This document shows, piece after piece, positions 51,045 to 53,332 of a stretch of DNA of 53,332 nucleotides (its first letter is position 1; every line of letters begins with the position of its first letter). The notes below the pieces were generated by a model. It had not been told where the DNA came from. It did no database searches and saw only the letters and a program-made list of their open reading frames with translations. Origin of the DNA: Bacilli bacterium (GTDB lineage: Bacteria > Bacillota_I > Bacilli_A > RFN20 > CAG-826); assembly GCA_045132035.1 (NCBI GenBank), contig JBGURM010000091.1, positions 1-53,332 of the forward strand, read 5' to 3'. The position numbers were made by a program, and so were the translations under genes.

Positions 51045-53332
51045 ATGGCGGTTGATAAGAAAAAACTAAAAGTTGTTAATAACATTACTCCTTCTGTTGA
51101 TGGCAAAGGAATAATGCAAGGTAGAAGCTTCTACACAGATGATATAGCCGAACAAGGAAGCTTAGTCATCAAAATGCTTCGTTCCCCACACGCTTTCGCT
51201 CATATTGAATCAATCGATGTAAGCGAAGCACAAAAATTAAATGGTGTTGCTCTTGTTTTAACGTATAAAGATATTCCACATGTATCATTCTCAAGAGCAG
51301 GACAAGGATATCCAGAACCTTCTCCACACGATAAATTTATCTTAGATGAATATGTTAGATATGTTGGCGACGAAGTTGCGATGGTCGCAGCAGTTGATGA
51401 AGAAACTGCTTTAGAGGCTATCAAGCTTATTAAAGTTGAATATAAAGTTCTCGATCCAGTTCTTAATTTTGAAGATGCGTACAATAATCCATCAGTAATT
51501 CACCCAGAAGATGGAATTAACGAAATGTTCCCAATTGGTTTTGAACCAAAAAAGAACGTTGCAGCGTCTTATGAGATGCAAGTCGGAGATGTCGAAAAAG
51601 AATTAAAGAAATCAGATGTGGTTGTTGAAGAGACATTCTATTCACAAGCTCAAGCTCACGCGATGCTTGAACCTCATAGCAGTAACGCTAGACTTGACGA
51701 ACACAATAGATTAGTTATTTATTCTTCTACTCAAACCCCATTCCATATGAGAAGAATTTTAGCAACAACATTAGGAATACCAGTTAGTCAAATTCGTGTA
51801 ATTAAACCGAGAGTTGGCGGTGGTTTTGGTGGAAAACAAGCATTTCACGGCGAATTTTTCTGTGCATTAACCACCTTAAGAACTCATAAACCAAGTAGGT
51901 TCGTTTACACTCGTGAAGAAGTGTTTGGTGCTTCTTATACAAGACACCCAATGAGAATCAGCATGAAGATTGGTGCGATGAAAGATGGAAGAATTAACGC
52001 CATCGATTGTCGTGCATTAAGCGATACTGGTGCTTATGGTGAACACGCATTAACTGTCTTTATGATTGTTGGTAGTAAAGTCCTTCCTTTATATAACAAA
52101 GTCGACGCTGTTAGGTTCGGTGGACGTGTTGTTTATACTAACCATGTACCTGCTGGAGCTTATCGTGGATATGGTGCTATTCAAGGAAACTACGCTCTTG
52201 AAGCAACAATTGATATCTTAGCTAAGAAGTTAAATATAAACCCAAAAACCATTAGAGAAATTAACTCTATGAAAGAAAAAGAAACTTCACCTATTTTTGA
52301 GATAATGGGTGAAGGTACCAAAGGTACTGCAATGATTATGGAATCATGTAAACTTCCATATTGTATTAAACGTGGTGCTGAATTAATTGATTGGGATAAT
52401 AACTGGCCATGTAAGAAAATTAGTGACACTAGAGTTAGAGGATATGGTATGGCAATCGCTATGCAAGGTAGTGGCATCCCATTCATGGATATGGGAAGCG
52501 CATCTATCAAATTGAACGATGGCGGATCATATATGGTGACTGTTGGTGCGACTGATATTGGTCAAGGCAGTGACACAATTATTTCCCAAATAGTTGCTGA
52601 GGAATTAGGAACAACAGTTGATAAAGTTGTCATCTATTCTTCCGATACTGACCTTACCCCATTTGACTGTGGAGCGTACGCCAGTAGTACAACTTATATC
52701 TCCGGAAACGCCGCTTGGAAAGCTGCTCAAAAGATGAGAGCAAGACTAATTAAAGAAGCTGCGGTATTTATGGAAGTTAAGCCAGAAAATGTTGAATTTG
52801 ATGGCAAAACCTTTGTTTCTGGTGAAAAATCTATTAGTTTAATTGAATTATCAACCAAGATGTTATATAACGCCAACTTGCAACAAGTTCAAGTTACAGA
52901 GAGCTATTATGGACACGTTTCTCCACCTCCATTTATGGCGGCATACGCTGAAGTGGAAGTCGATATTGAAACTGGCGAATATGATGTTTTAAATTATGTC
53001 ACTGTCACTGATTGTGGAACGACAATTAACCCAATGTTAGCTCGTGGACAAGTTGAAGGTGGTGTAGTCCAAGGTTTAGGTATGGCATGTTTTGAAGCTG
53101 TCAAATACGACAGTAAAGGAAATTTATTATCAAACAACTTCCTTAACTATCACATTCCAACACATAAAGAGATTCATAAACTCACAACTGAATTTGCTGA
53201 TTCATATGAACCAACAGGTCCTTTTGGTGCTAAATCAGTTGGTGAAATTGGTATCGATACACCTCCAGCAGTTATTTGTAACGCAATTTATAACGCTACT
53301 GGAGTAAGAGTCCACACTCTTCCAATTACTCC
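51045..53332 (+). CDS. xanthine dehydrogenase-family molybdopterin-binding subunit (3' end beyond window)
   Basis: Own translation from ATG 51045 gives MAVDKKKLKVVNNITPSVDGKGIMQGRSFYTDD... The frame stays open to the window end, which reads ...GAKSVGEIGIDTPPAVICNAIYNATGVRVHTLPIT. GGGFGGK and the other large-subunit motifs are present. Absent from the track because there is no stop. Confidence 0.88.
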   Translation, partial: MAVDKKKLKVVNNITPSVDGKGIMQGRSFYTDDIAEQGSLVIKMLRSPHAFAHIESIDVSEAQKLNGVALVLTYKDIPHVSFSRAGQGYPEPSPHDKFILDEYVRYVGDEVAMVAAVDEETALEAIKLIKVEYKVLDPVLNFEDAYNNPSVIHPEDGINEMFPIGFEPKKNVAASYEMQVGDVEKELKKSDVVVEETFYSQAQAHAMLEPHSSNARLDEHNRLVIYSSTQTPFHMRRILATTLGIPVSQIRVIKPRVGGGFGGKQAFHGEFFCALTTLRTHKPSRFVYTREEVFGASYTRHPMRISMKIGAMKDGRINAIDCRALSDTGAYGEHALTVFMIVGSKVLPLYNKVDAVRFGGRVVYTNHVPAGAYRGYGAIQGNYALEATIDILAKKLNINPKTIREINSMKEKETSPIFEIMGEGTKGTAMIMESCKLPYCIKRGAELIDWDNNWPCKKISDTRVRGYGMAIAMQGSGIPFMDMGSASIKLNDGGSYMVTVGATDIGQGSDTIISQIVAEELGTTVDKVVIYSSDTDLTPFDCGAYASSTTYISGNAAWKAAQKMRARLIKEAAVFMEVKPENVEFDGKTFVSGEKSISLIELSTKMLYNANLQQVQVTESYYGHVSPPPFMAAYAEVEVDIETGEYDVLNYVTVTDCGTTINPMLARGQVEGGVVQGLGMACFEAVKYDSKGNLLSNNFLNYHIPTHKEIHKLTTEFADSYEPTGPFGAKSVGEIGIDTPPAVICNAIYNATGVRVHTLPIT

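Noticed and set aside
1-53332. CRISPR arrays, rRNA genes, IS elements or transposases, prophage blocks, and use of genetic code 4.
   Set aside because: - No regularly spaced short repeats were seen.
- No transposase-, integrase- or phage-structural-like ORFs were seen.
- Several well-supported genes end in TGA (for example the TetR, antitoxin and MocA-like genes).
- prfB carries a UGA-dependent frameshift site, so TGA is a stop here.

Overview
Visibly AT-rich, densely coding bacterial chromosome segment. It uses the standard genetic code: TGA terminates several genes, and an RF2 gene with the classical +1 frameshift site is present. Gene content and synteny resemble low-GC Bacillota or wall-less relatives (Acholeplasma/Erysipelotrichia-like), probably an anaerobe given desulfoferrodoxin and a molybdo-hydroxylase cluster; this placement is inference only.

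Housekeeping blocks:
- Left end: rsmI-ricT-holB-tmk-recR-ybaB-dnaX on the minus strand, divergent from prfA-prmC-tsaC-rpiB.
- Then comFA-comFC, secA-prfB, a YitT-family gene, uvrB and secG.
- Centre: tRNA-Met and tRNA-Ala, a short 4.5S-type SRP RNA and tadA.
- Right end: mgtE, tldD-pmbA, lgt, and a purine/molybdo-hydroxylase cluster (guaD, arcC, MocA-like gene, three xanthine-dehydrogenase-type subunits; the last runs off the window).

Accessory or poorly understood content:
1. A cassette-like tandem structure between rpiB and comFA. It has two diverged small basic-protein genes with conserved leaders, hairpin elements, and a 5' comFA pseudo-copy that forms roughly 98-bp direct repeats 610 bp apart.
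2. A solo HicB-like gene next to a NERD/zinc-ribbon gene.
3. A three-gene minus-strand unit: internally duplicated unknown protein, membrane-anchored unknown protein, and a polytopic degenerate-GGDEF/intact-EAL protein. It is divergent from an apparently leaderless XRE-HTH::UDP-glucose dehydrogenase fusion with a palindrome over its -35.
4. A lipoprotein / PHP phosphatase / CotH-like lipoprotein / NifX-like cluster.
5. An SPFH (YdjI-like)/zinc-ribbon/membrane operon.
6. A Phd-ParE type II toxin-antitoxin pair.
7. An M50-like membrane protein with a degenerate HExxH motif.

No CRISPR array, rRNA, transposase or integrase gene was recognised. I found no compelling complete novel multi-gene system. 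The comFA-proximal cassette structure is the most unusual thing visible by eye.
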